Source of the DNA: Auanema rhodensis
Lineage: Eukaryota > Animalia > Nematoda
Reading direction: 5' to 3'
Assembly: GCA_964057225.1 (NCBI GenBank)
Contig: OZ059900.1
Span: forward strand, 14,880,001 to 14,944,000
DNA: 64,000 bases
A program made the position numbers and the translations under genes. Positions 1 through 10,517 of this stretch are shown here, piece by piece. The notes beneath the pieces were generated by a model. That model worked only from the letters and a program-made list of their open reading frames with translations. It was not told the origin of the DNA and did no database searches. Every line of letters starts with the position of its first letter. Position 1 is the stretch's first letter.

Positions 1-2162
1 GCATGTGACAGACGCGGATACTCACCACTATACTACCGAGGATTGAATTTGCACTTAGAAACTTTCATTAAGAGTGTGAGTTTGAATTATAGTAGAAAAA
101 TGAAACACTGTTTCTAACATATCTTGATTTATGGCCTACTTTACTCAAAGAGCTAATTGAAGTTTGGTGTTAGAATGAACAATTGATTAACGCTGACGTT
201 TTAATTTTTTTCATCGTAATTGAGATAGAACATTTAAAATAAATGGAAATGTTTAACAATTTAGAAAAAAAACACAAGCTCAAATCACTTTTGAAAAAAC
301 AGAAAGTTTAAAACAGCCCTTTTTCTAATAATTATCTTTTTCATCCGATTTTTGGAAAAAAACAAAAATAGCATAACATTAAATAACGATGAATCAGAAC
401 AAAAAAAATTCTCCCCGTCCGGGAATTGAACCCGGGTCTCGCATGTGACAGACGCGGATTCTCACCACTATACTACCGAGGATTGAATTCGCACTTAGAA
501 ACTTTCATTAAGAGTGTGAGTTTGAATTATAGTAGAAAAATGAAACACTGTCTCTAACATATCTTGATTTATGGCCTACTTTACTCAAAGAGCTAATTGG
601 ATTTGGTGTTAGAATGAACAATTGATTAACGCTGACGTTTCAATTTTTTTCATCGTAATTGAGATAGAACATTTAAATTAAATGGAAATGTTTAACAATT
701 TAGAAAAAAAACACAAGCTCAAATCACTTTTGAAAAAATAGAAAGTTTAAAACAACCTTTTTTCTAATAATTATCTTTTTTATCCGACTTTCGGAAGAAA
801 ACAAAAATAGCTTAACATTCAATAACGATGAATCAGAACAAAAACATTCTCCCCGGCCGGGAATTGAACCCGGGTCTCGCATGTGACAGACGCAGATACT
901 CACCACTATCCTACCGAGGATTGAATTTGCACTTAGAAACTTTCATTAAGAGTGTGAGTTTGAATTAAAGTAGAAAAATGAAACACTGTCTCTAACATAT
1001 ATTGATTTATGGCCTACTTTACTCAAAGAGCTAATTGAAGTTTGGTGTTAAAATGAACAACTGATTAACGCTGACGTTCCATTTTTTTTCATCGTAATTG
1101 AGATAGAACATTTAAATTAAATGGAAATGTTTAAAAATTTAGAAAAAATCACAAGCTCAAATCACTTTTGAAAAAACAGAAAGTTTAAAACAACCTTTTT
1201 TCTAATAATTATCTTTTTAATTCGACTTTTGGAAGAAAACAAAATAGCATAACATTCAATAACGATGAATCAGAACAAAAACATTCTCCCCGGCCGGGAA
1301 TTTAACCCGGGTCTCGCATGTGACAGACGCGGATACTCACCACTATACTACCGAGGATTGAATTTGCACTTAGAAACTTTCATTAAGAGTGTGAGTTTGA
1401 AATATAGTAGAAAAATGAAACACAGTCTCTAACATATATTGATTTATGGCCTACTTTACTCAAAGAGCTAATTGAAGTTTGGTGTTAAAATGAACAATTG
1501 ATTAACGCTGACGTTCCATTTTTTTTCATCGTAATTGAGATAGAACATTTAAATTAAATGGAAATGTTTAAAAATTTAGAAAAAATCACAAGCTGAAATC
1601 ACTTTTGAAAAAACAGAAAGTTTAAAACAACCTTTTTTCTAATAATTATCTCTTTAATTCGACTTTTGGAAGAAAACAAAAATAGCATAACATTCAATAA
1701 CGATGAATCAGAACAAAAACATTCTCCCCGGCCGGGAATGGAACCCGGGTCTCGCATGTGACAGACGCGGATACTCACCACTATACTACCGAGGATTGAA
1801 TTTGCACTTAGAAACTTTCATTAAGAGTGTGAGTTTGAATTAAAGTAGAAAAATGAAACACTGTCTCTAACATATATTGATTTTTGGCCTACTTTACTCG
1901 AAGAGCTAATTGAAGTTTGGTGTTACAATTAACGATTGATTAACGCTGATGTTTCAATTTTTTTCATCGTAATTAAGATAGAACACTTAAATTAAATAGA
2001 AATGTTTGAAAATATGAAAAAAAATCACAAGCTCAAACCACTTTTGAAAAAGCAGAAAGTTTAAAACAATCTTTTTTCTAATAATTATCGTCTTTATCCG
2101 ACTTTTTGAAGAAAACAAAAATAGCATAACATTCAATAACGATGAATCCGAACGAAAACATT

Positions 2163-2234
2163 CTCCCCGGCCGGGAATTGAACCCGGGTCTCGCATGTGA
2201 CAGACGCGGATACTCACCACTATACTACCGAGGA
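2163..2234 (-). tRNA. tRNA-Asp(GTC), consensus-type copy in segment A
   Basis: Reverse complement TCCTCGGTAGTATAGTGGTGAGTATCCGCGTCTGTCACATGCGAGACCCGGGTTCAATTCCCGGCCGGGGAG folds as a cloverleaf with anticodon GTC; A and B boxes present; no encoded CCA. Confidence 0.97.
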
Positions 2235-3034
2235 TTGAATTTGCACTTAGAAACTTTCATTAAGAGTGTGAGTTTGAATTATAGTAGAAAAATAAAACAC
2301 TGTCTCTAACATATATTGATTTATGGCCTACTTTACTCAAAGAGCTAATTGAAGTTTGGTGTTAAAATGAACAAATGATTAACGCTGACGTTTCATTTTT
2401 TTTCATCGTAATTGAGATAGAATACTTAAATTAAATGGAAATGTTTAAAAATTTAGAAAATATCACTGGCTCAAATCACTTTTGAAAAAACAGAAAGTTT
2501 AAAACAACCTTTTTTCTAATAATTATCTTTTTTACTTTTGGAAGAAAACAAAAATAGCATAACATTCAATAACGATGAATCAGAACAAAAACATTCTCCC
2601 CGACCGGGAATTGAACCCGGGTCTCGCATGTGACAGACGCAGATACTCACCACTATTGTACCGAGGATTGAATTTGCACTTAGGAACTTTCATTAAGAGT
2701 GTGAGTTTGAATTAAAGTAGAAAAATGAAACACTGTCTCTAACATATCTTGATTTATGGCCTACTTCACACAAAGAGCTAATTGAAGTTTGGTGTTACAA
2801 TGAACAATTGATTAACGCTGACGTTTCAATTATTTTCATCGTAATTAAGATAGAACACTTAAATTAAATAGAAATGTTTGAAAATTTAAAAAAAAATCAC
2901 AAGCTCATATCACTTTTGAAAAAGCAGAAAGTTTAAAACAATCTTTTTTCTAATAATTATTGTTTTTATCCGACTTTTTGAAGAAAACAAAAATAGCATA
3001 ACATTCAATAACGATGAATCAGAACAAAAACATT

Positions 3035-3086
3035 CTCCCCGGTCGGGAATTGAACCCGGGTCGCGCATGTGACAGACGCGGATACT
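3035..3086 (-). pseudogene. 5'-truncated tRNA-Asp at rearranged junction with Gypsy copy 1
   Basis: tRNA match stops at ...ggatact (3086), followed by an out-of-register array spacer piece and LTR fragments. Confidence 0.85.
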
Positions 3087-3110
3087 ACAAGATCAAATCA
3101 CTTTTGAAAA

Positions 3111-3269
3111 TATATTTAAAATCATATTCATTTTCTCATAGTCTGTTTGGATCTCTCAACTTGGAACCATTGAGAATCTAAATGGAACTCCTCAAGACTC
3201 AGGCATCTCATCATCTCATTATCTTACTTTCTCTTTATCTGCTTTATATTCTCTTTCTTAACTCTAGCT
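3111..3269 (+). repeat. Scrambled LTR fragments (3' end piece 3111-3188, internal piece 3189-3269) preceding the 5' LTR
   Basis: 3111-3188 matches the LTR 3' end (..ctaaatggaac); 3189-3269 matches the LTR interior (tcctcaagactcagg..tctagct). Confidence 0.85.
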
Positions 3270-3675
3270 TGTTACATACGAAAGCAGCTGACCATGACAG
3301 CTGCTATTATAAAACTACTGCAGATAGTTTTTAAGCAATTCTGAGAATATTCTAGATGCACTTTTTATAAGCTTTGTAACAATTTGTGTAAACTGAGTAG
3401 GAGTTGTATGGATATATAAACCTGAGTCCTCAAGACTCAGGCATCTCATCATCTCATTATCTTACTTTCTCTTTATCTGCTTTATATTCTCTTTCTTAAC
3501 TCTAGCTTTAATCTTTGTATAATTATATTATATTGCGAACAATAAACCTTTATATATTTCATCTCTTGTTTCTTATTTCACCTTACATTACACATTTATA
3601 TTTAAAATCATATTCATCTTCTCATAGTCTGTTTGGATCTCTCAACTTGGAACCATTGAGAATCTAAATGGAACG
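3270..3675 (+). repeat. 5' LTR of Gypsy copy 1 (406 bp, 11-bp deletion near start)
   Basis: TGTTACA...GGAACG; matches 10518-10934 with roughly 14 substitutions by eye. Confidence 0.92.
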
Positions 3676-3693
3676 TGGAGGTTCCACCGAGAT
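3676..3693 (+). promoter_or_regulatory. Primer-binding site complementary to tRNA-Gln 3' end
   Basis: TGGAGGTTCCACCGAGAT directly after the LTR is the reverse complement of ATCTCGGTGGAACCT-CCA, the metazoan tRNA-Gln 3' end. Confidence 0.88.
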
Positions 3694-4873
3694 CCTTCCT
3701 TTTGGACAGGATCTCGTAAAGGAACTCAAGCGCTACCGTCTACATCTCTTATTCAATTAAAAATCTTATCGCTCTCTTAAAGTTAGCTTATAATATTTTC
3801 TTAAAAATTCTAAAACTTTTCTATTAAAAATTATATCCAAAAACTCTTTACAAAAACTCAGTTTTCTATTCATTATATTCTCATAAATCATTTTCAGTTA
3901 TTCAGAAGAGTACCTATATCATTCTCTCTATCCAAAATCCTATATACGAAAATTATTCAAATTCAATAATTAACTTTTCTAAGAATTATAAGTTTATTTT
4001 CACATTTTTTGAACAAAAATAGTTAAGTTCTTTATAAAATTAATTTAGAATTAAGAAATAAAAAGGAATATTGCTTCTATACCTCTCAATCTTAATCATC
4101 TTATCATATTATCTCAATCTTCATCTTATCATACTATTTTAATCATACTATCATACCATATTTTCCTTATTTTCTTTATGTTCGTTTATAAAACTATTAT
4201 TCTTATACTACTACACTGTATTCTCATAAACCCACCCCTTCCCCCCCGTAATTTCATAAGCAAGAAATCCCGTGTTAAACACGACAGTAAAAATATTTAT
4301 TAGGCGCAGCGTATCCAAATTCCGATTACCTTAGCACCTGAAAAAACGAAAAATAATTAAATTAATCAATAAGTTTTAACTCATACGCAAAAACCATTCC
4401 CCCCCTCGTTAAGAATAATGCCAGACACTCAAGAGACTCGAGCGGAGGCCGACACTCAGGATAAGACGTACGCCCCATGAAATAATTAGAGAATTTTTGA
4501 ATTGAAATCTGCCCCACATTGATATAAATAATAAGAGTGGTCTCGCCATCATAGAGTCAGGGAGCAGGATGCAGAAGGCAGCTGACATACCTGTGACTCA
4601 GATAGGTTAATGAGGTCTGGGAAAATGAAATGATTGCGAAAATTCTATTTTGTATCCTTGTCCCAAAAGACTGGCGAACTATTAACTTTCATTTCATGCT
4701 TTTTTCACGATATAGAACTTGTCCCTTCGAAAAGGCACACTAGTTTCAAACCTGTGTTAGACCTGGACGAGCTATATTGGTAAAGAGATTACTTGCAAGA
4801 CTAGCTACCTTCATAAGAATCGCGCACACAAACCCAACATTATTCTTTACGTTTTTCTATATATATAAACATT

Positions 4874-7813
4874 TTGGCACACGTTGGATATAACAAATTT
4901 CTTTACAGGATACCAACGATGCTGCCCAATACTGGTCCAAAACCTCCGCTGGACCCTGCTGCCACTTCAAATATTATAAGAAGAAAAAGGCAACCGCCCG
5001 CAACATATTCTCCCCCCTCTGCAAAACAAGCGAAGTTAAGCATTAAAACAAAGTCAATGGTAATACATACCCCAAGACATCGTGGCATTCAAAAACAATT
5101 CACCAATCCCAAATCACATGAAAAAACGAAGAAACAAAAAACAGACATAGTCGAAAGAAACACCTTAGAAAAGAAAATTATCCCAAGCATTAAACCTATT
5201 CCTAAAAACATAGCAAGCAAAGGGAACCCTCAAAACCCCCCAACCAACACCATACCAAAAACAATCAACCCAATCAATCCTTTAATAGCCACCCCTAGAA
5301 GAAGCAATACACCAACCACACAAAAATCACCTACGCCCGCACTTTCTTCAACCACACCCGCAGTAAGCTCATCCCCACCTCTACGAAACTCACCTTCATC
5401 CATTGATCATTCTACATCTGGGCATTCTCTATTTCCGTCTCTTCCATCGCAAACTAATCAAGCAAATACTTTTGTCGCAGAAAACAAGAGAATTAACCCA
5501 AGAATGGACCCAATGGATGAAGGCGCACCACTTACGCAAACCTCGGGAAGGGCACCTGTTCCAACACCTACAATCATCCCTCAACCAGCAGCGATTCCGT
5601 CCGCCATACGCGATATAAAAACTCCACGCTACGATGGAAAAACACCATTCAACCGCTATCTACTATATCTAGATGAACACTTCAACGCTACAAGAACAAC
5701 TATGCCCGAACGTTTTCAAAGCATACAATTATTGCTAGAAGATGATCGAGCAAGGGGAGCGTACAGAAAACTCACAACCGAAGATAAGCGACTTGGATGG
5801 GACCATGTCAAAAAGCGACTCTCAGAAATGATCACACCGAAAAAACAGAGAGAACGAGCAATGCACCGCCTACATGGCTTGAAACAGTTACCAACGGAAT
5901 CGGTACAAAGCTTTGCAACAAGATGTTCTAACGAAGCCTACTCGGCTATGGACATGAACAACGAAAGTGAGCTTAACATGCTCCGATCCACCTTCACCTG
6001 GGGACTAAGACCCGAAATAAGCGAACATGTTAGCCGTCTAGACCCACCAAACTTTGAGGAAGCTTACGAAATGGCCTTACGAGAAGAACTCTTTATACAA
6101 AATAGACCACCATCGTTCGTCAACAATATGGAGAAGTCGTTCAACAACCTCAACATTCGAGACTCAAAGGACAACAATCAATACCAGAGAAACGAATCTA
6201 AGGATTTCAAAGGAACCAAACCGATGTATAATGGCAATGGCAAACTACACAACCGATATCCGGACAGATACAACAACCAATATCGGCCTCATCAACACCA
6301 ATACAGGAACCATAACTCACGATTTTCTCAAAATAAGGAATCAAGACAAAACTACTTCGACAGATCACGGAACAGAAGCCAGGAAAGACCATACTATCGA
6401 AACCGCGACCAAAACTATAGCGGACACAACAACCGGCGACAATCAAATAATCACGAACAATACCCCTCTCAATACAATCGAAGCCAATACAACAATTATA
6501 GAAGTCGCCCGCGCAGCACCTCCAATGGACCGGAACAGTATAGAGAACGCACACAGAGCCCAGGAGTACGTTTTCAAGTCAACAACGTCACGGAAAACGA
6601 AGTACCGAACAACAAACGAAAATCAACACCATTCCTACCCCTCTTTATCACAATTATCGCACTCATTATAAACACATGCAGTGCAGAAACAACGTACCAG
6701 TTATGCACAGGAAACAGAGGAGGAATATATGTTGAACCGCCATCTCCAACAGCTTGCCGATTCATCGCACCAACTAATAACCATATCCAGAAGACTACAG
6801 CAGAATTGTTCATCCAAAACCTACAACCAAAAGAATGGGAAGCATGGAAATGTGCAATTGAAACTTACCAACTCTGCATTCACGACGTTTTCTTCACCAG
6901 AGAAACTAATGTCTCACTAGCAAAAGTTTCACCAACAACACTGCAAGAATGTTCGTCAGCTATTAAAGAAAGAATATTCAACGGTACCAACCTTCACAGA
7001 GAAGCACCAGGACTCTATGGAACTTCATTCCCACATACAACTATTACTAATGGTATATGGAAACAGGAATGCGAACAACGTACCAGATTCATAGCTGAAC
7101 GAGGACACATGACCAGCCTACAAGACAATACAGTACTCTCAGATATATTCATAAACGACAACGGATGCACCAGTGACAAAGGACAATGCATAACCAACAA
7201 CGCTCTCATCATATGGACCCCACCATCAGAAAAACATAGTTGCTCGTACACTTCATTAGGCTCTCACGAAGTTTTTATATCAGAAGACACCATATTGATT
7301 CCCGGAATTCAAAGTGCTTTCATTCTAAACAATAAAACACCGGAAAAAGAAGCCTCCTCATGCTTACAAAAAGAGATATTTACTACAAATAATGGAACTC
7401 TAATCTCCTTCAACTCAACCTCAAGCTTAGGACGATCAAGAAGACACGCAATCACGGAATACCCTAAAGGATTCTTGACAGTTCATCAATACCCCTCGCT
7501 AAGATATTCAGCCAGCAAAACCGGAACTATTCTACTATATACAACCTATATTCAACGGAAAAGACTTGACATCTATTATAATCTCAATAACATAACAAAT
7601 ATGTTGCCTAAGTATATCGCAATCTTCAAATACCTAGGTATAAATTTTGATGTTATCAAAAATCGTCTTATATGGCACAAATATGAAGACGTCAACATAG
7701 CCATTCTACACGCCCTAGGAGAAGCACAAATAAGAGAAGCAACAAAAATCGCGATCGATAATCTATCGTATAAGGAACTTAAGCATAAACTTAGCAAACG
7801 GATCAAAAATTAA
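4874..7813 (+). CDS. gag: Gag (Pro/Ser/Thr-rich N-term, capsid, N/Q/R/Y-rich tail) fused to internal signal peptide and N-half of envelope glycoprotein; likely start ATG 4919
   Basis: Retrotransposon capsid-like PRYDG..F..Y and LKQ..ESVQSFATR segments; hydrophobic FLPLFITIIALIINTCSA (6632-6685); then Cys-rich region with N-glycosylation sequons and RSRR furin-type site (7433-7444). Confidence 0.85.
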   Translation: MAHVGYNKFLYRIPTMLPNTGPKPPLDPAATSNIIRRKRQPPATYSPPSAKQAKLSIKTKSMVIHTPRHRGIQKQFTNPKSHEKTKKQKTDIVERNTLEKKIIPSIKPIPKNIASKGNPQNPPTNTIPKTINPINPLIATPRRSNTPTTQKSPTPALSSTTPAVSSSPPLRNSPSSIDHSTSGHSLFPSLPSQTNQANTFVAENKRINPRMDPMDEGAPLTQTSGRAPVPTPTIIPQPAAIPSAIRDIKTPRYDGKTPFNRYLLYLDEHFNATRTTMPERFQSIQLLLEDDRARGAYRKLTTEDKRLGWDHVKKRLSEMITPKKQRERAMHRLHGLKQLPTESVQSFATRCSNEAYSAMDMNNESELNMLRSTFTWGLRPEISEHVSRLDPPNFEEAYEMALREELFIQNRPPSFVNNMEKSFNNLNIRDSKDNNQYQRNESKDFKGTKPMYNGNGKLHNRYPDRYNNQYRPHQHQYRNHNSRFSQNKESRQNYFDRSRNRSQERPYYRNRDQNYSGHNNRRQSNNHEQYPSQYNRSQYNNYRSRPRSTSNGPEQYRERTQSPGVRFQVNNVTENEVPNNKRKSTPFLPLFITIIALIINTCSAETTYQLCTGNRGGIYVEPPSPTACRFIAPTNNHIQKTTAELFIQNLQPKEWEAWKCAIETYQLCIHDVFFTRETNVSLAKVSPTTLQECSSAIKERIFNGTNLHREAPGLYGTSFPHTTITNGIWKQECEQRTRFIAERGHMTSLQDNTVLSDIFINDNGCTSDKGQCITNNALIIWTPPSEKHSCSYTSLGSHEVFISEDTILIPGIQSAFILNNKTPEKEASSCLQKEIFTTNNGTLISFNSTSSLGRSRRHAITEYPKGFLTVHQYPSLRYSASKTGTILLYTTYIQRKRLDIYYNLNNITNMLPKYIAIFKYLGINFDVIKNRLIWHKYEDVNIAILHALGEAQIREATKIAIDNLSYKELKHKLSKRIKN

Positions 7814-7955
7814 GGATTTTAAGAAGATACTACAAACCAAAACAGGAGACTACTATGAAATCGCGAAAGAAATTGCTTACTCACTTGCGGAAATACCTAC
7901 TACGTTAGCTACAGGAGAAACAACACCATCTTTAGAAGAATACTTATATCAACTC

Positions 7956-10322
7956 ATGCCACCAAGAAAACCAAGACTCACCAAGACACGAAACGATTTA
8001 GAACTGTACGAACAACTAGCACAAGCAAAAATTATCCTGAACGCAATGAATAATCCGAAGAAGCTACATTCAAAAGAAGAATACGAAGCAGAAATGAAGA
8101 AATGGATCAAATATGAAAAAGAACTGAATTTACCACCATTACAACTGCCAAACTACACAGTTATCTTCGATGGCGACGATATATTCTACGGCTTCCGGAA
8201 AAGAAATCCTACAAATTATAGCATTACACAAGAGGATAGTGAAAAATTTTATAATCATTATCTACCCCTTATCAGTACTCCCGGAACACGACCTTTTGCA
8301 ACCACAATTAGAAGCACTTCGACCCCCCTACAAACTACTACTACAACCACTACCACGACCCCTAAGCCTACAACCATAAGAAACGTCATCACTTCGGCAA
8401 TCACACCCAAAACACATATATCCACAACAACTAGACCCAAACCAACAATACCCACGTCTTCATCAACTACTACTACTACTACCACTACTACTACTACTAC
8501 TTCTACTACTGCTAGACCCAGATCAACAACAACCACAACACCTACAACAACCACAACTATATTCACCACTCATCGACCAACACAATCATTCTCCACCCCC
8601 CAATCTACATTCAATATTACTACAAACCCAATCACAATCACCTCAAGCCAGGAATACAATAGGAAAGAATCACTCACCAAGTCACCGCCTCCAAGAACTA
8701 CAAAAAGATCTATCACTACCACTCGCAGCACACCTGAAGAAATATCATCACATATTGGTAAGAAATCCCACGTAGACTACATTAAAGCTAAGAACGATAT
8801 CGTCCAAAAATGGAATGAACATCTTCATCAACAAGAAACGCAATCTCATCTACAATATGCCACTACCAATCTGGAAGATGATATCATACGTACGTTCACA
8901 ACAAACAGAAACAACATCTGCCACGTACAAAATAAACAAATACTTACCTGGTGGGCTATTCTTCAAATAAATCCTACTATAGGGATGCGTACAATGCTAC
9001 GACGACAGGATATATCTGCAAGATTCATAAATGATAAACTAATTTATGTAATGCCATGCACACCAATTCAAATTACAAAAACATACCGTGATCACAAAGT
9101 CAACAGCACGTGTTTTCTGGAAACCCCAGTCAAAACGGAACATCACGGCCAACTGTTCATCCTACCAGGTACAAGAGACCTCACACCGATGGCACATGCC
9201 ATACCATGCGGACTCACAATCAAGGATCCCTGGAAAGAAAACGATCAATGGACTAATAATAACCAATCAATAAATGTAACATCACCAGCATACATCGACG
9301 AGTTAGGATCAATCAACCTAGAACATATCAAGTTTAATGGAAGCAACATTTTCAACAACCTAACAGAATCAACGTTTCCTATGGCACTAGCAATATCATA
9401 TGGATCCAGCTTAGCAACGCTACAGGCTACTTTACCAGGAAGAATAAAACCTGTAATCAAACAAAGATTAATTCCTAACATGAACCCTGTTACCCTAACA
9501 GCAGGAGCAGCCAGCAGCTTACTACTCAGCTACGAACATGCAAAAGAAGCTATAACTTGGAAAATGTTTGACTTTCTGTCACCAATATGGGAAAAGATTC
9601 AAACCTGGACACTACGCGTACTTGCTATCATTGGATCAATCATCATAACAATTGGCATAATCACACTCGCCACCTGGATAATAAAAATATACACATGTAG
9701 TTCAAGGATACCCATCAACAATGTCAAATGGGAAACAGAATACTTACAACCACTACCAACTGAGAACACAAGAACAGAAACATCTCATCCTTCTCCGTCC
9801 GCTCCATACCTCGACAACCATCACAACAGCTGTCAACTCACATTGTATGATCCTTCAGCACCAATTCCTGAACACATTTATGAAGCTTATTTCCCTACAA
9901 GCATGAAGAAAGAAAACATAAACTACATAGGAGGATCACAATTACCGTTTGTCCCGATTTCAATCCACAATCACATCTTTAAGGCACTATGGGACACGGG
10001 AGCATCAGCATCATACATGCGAGAATCCACCTTCAAACAACTGCCCGCTGCAACGATGGTACTAAAACAAACAACAGCGATAGTCGCGAATAAATCTAAA
10101 TTCTCATTTATGGGATACACAAGGATCCTCATAACAATAGGAACAACAGAAACAGAACACAAATTTTATGTAGCAGAAGATAACTACTGTCCAGCACCAG
10201 TGTTACTTGGAATAGACTTCATGGAAGCATTACATCAACAAGGAATTTACACTTCAATGGAGCTACTTGGACTAGCATCAATGACGGAAATGATCCAGGA
10301 AATTGACCAACTGGCGGATTAA
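7956..10322 (+). CDS. env: C-half of gB-like Env (Thr-rich mucin tract, gB core, TM) + aspartic protease, fused to last 21 codons of the accessory ORF; frame is open from ~7734
   Basis: HLQY..ICHVQN..W..INP..ISARFINDK..PCTPI resembles herpes gB domains III/IV; TM VLAIIGSIIITIGIITLATWII; protease ALWDTGAS and LLGIDF; ends MELLGLASMTEMIQEIDQLAD identical to the ORF 46765-47448 C-terminus. Confidence 0.85.
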   Translation: MPPRKPRLTKTRNDLELYEQLAQAKIILNAMNNPKKLHSKEEYEAEMKKWIKYEKELNLPPLQLPNYTVIFDGDDIFYGFRKRNPTNYSITQEDSEKFYNHYLPLISTPGTRPFATTIRSTSTPLQTTTTTTTTTPKPTTIRNVITSAITPKTHISTTTRPKPTIPTSSSTTTTTTTTTTTTSTTARPRSTTTTTPTTTTTIFTTHRPTQSFSTPQSTFNITTNPITITSSQEYNRKESLTKSPPPRTTKRSITTTRSTPEEISSHIGKKSHVDYIKAKNDIVQKWNEHLHQQETQSHLQYATTNLEDDIIRTFTTNRNNICHVQNKQILTWWAILQINPTIGMRTMLRRQDISARFINDKLIYVMPCTPIQITKTYRDHKVNSTCFLETPVKTEHHGQLFILPGTRDLTPMAHAIPCGLTIKDPWKENDQWTNNNQSINVTSPAYIDELGSINLEHIKFNGSNIFNNLTESTFPMALAISYGSSLATLQATLPGRIKPVIKQRLIPNMNPVTLTAGAASSLLLSYEHAKEAITWKMFDFLSPIWEKIQTWTLRVLAIIGSIIITIGIITLATWIIKIYTCSSRIPINNVKWETEYLQPLPTENTRTETSHPSPSAPYLDNHHNSCQLTLYDPSAPIPEHIYEAYFPTSMKKENINYIGGSQLPFVPISIHNHIFKALWDTGASASYMRESTFKQLPAATMVLKQTTAIVANKSKFSFMGYTRILITIGTTETEHKFYVAEDNYCPAPVLLGIDFMEALHQQGIYTSMELLGLASMTEMIQEIDQLAD

Positions 10323-10517
10323 AGAAGAGAGGAAAGGTTTAAATCATTTATAAAATTCTATCTCTTGAAAAAATTTTTCTCTTTATCAATAGTTTGTTGA
10401 AAAAAAAAAATTTGCTTTATCTCATGCCATTTTAATTTTTTTATTTTTTTATTTTTCTCTCTTAATTATTATTTGCATATAACAGCTGAGGTCAGCTGAC
10501 TTGTATCCGTTGGGGCA

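Larger units (their letters stand above)
1..3086 (-). repeat. tRNA-Asp tandem array, segment A (diverged units; 6 complete + 2 partial tRNA copies)
   Basis: ~438-bp periodicity; tRNAs at 1-42 (partial), 411-482, 849-920, 1286-1357, 1724-1795, 2163-2234, 2596-2667, 3035-3086 (truncated); many private substitutions and indels. Confidence 0.95.

Noticed and set aside
3676-3693. Idea that the elements prime on the array's own tRNA-Asp
   Set aside because: The PBS matches tRNA-Gln, not the Asp 3' end (expected TGGCTCCCCGGCC)
6054-6671. 205-aa alternative-frame ORF in gag
   Set aside because: Overlaps an A/C-rich low-complexity region where stops are scarce; no motif support
8258-8569. Poly-Val hydrophobic ORFs (also 53164-53391)
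   Set aside because: Antisense shadow of the Thr-rich ACT/ACA tract
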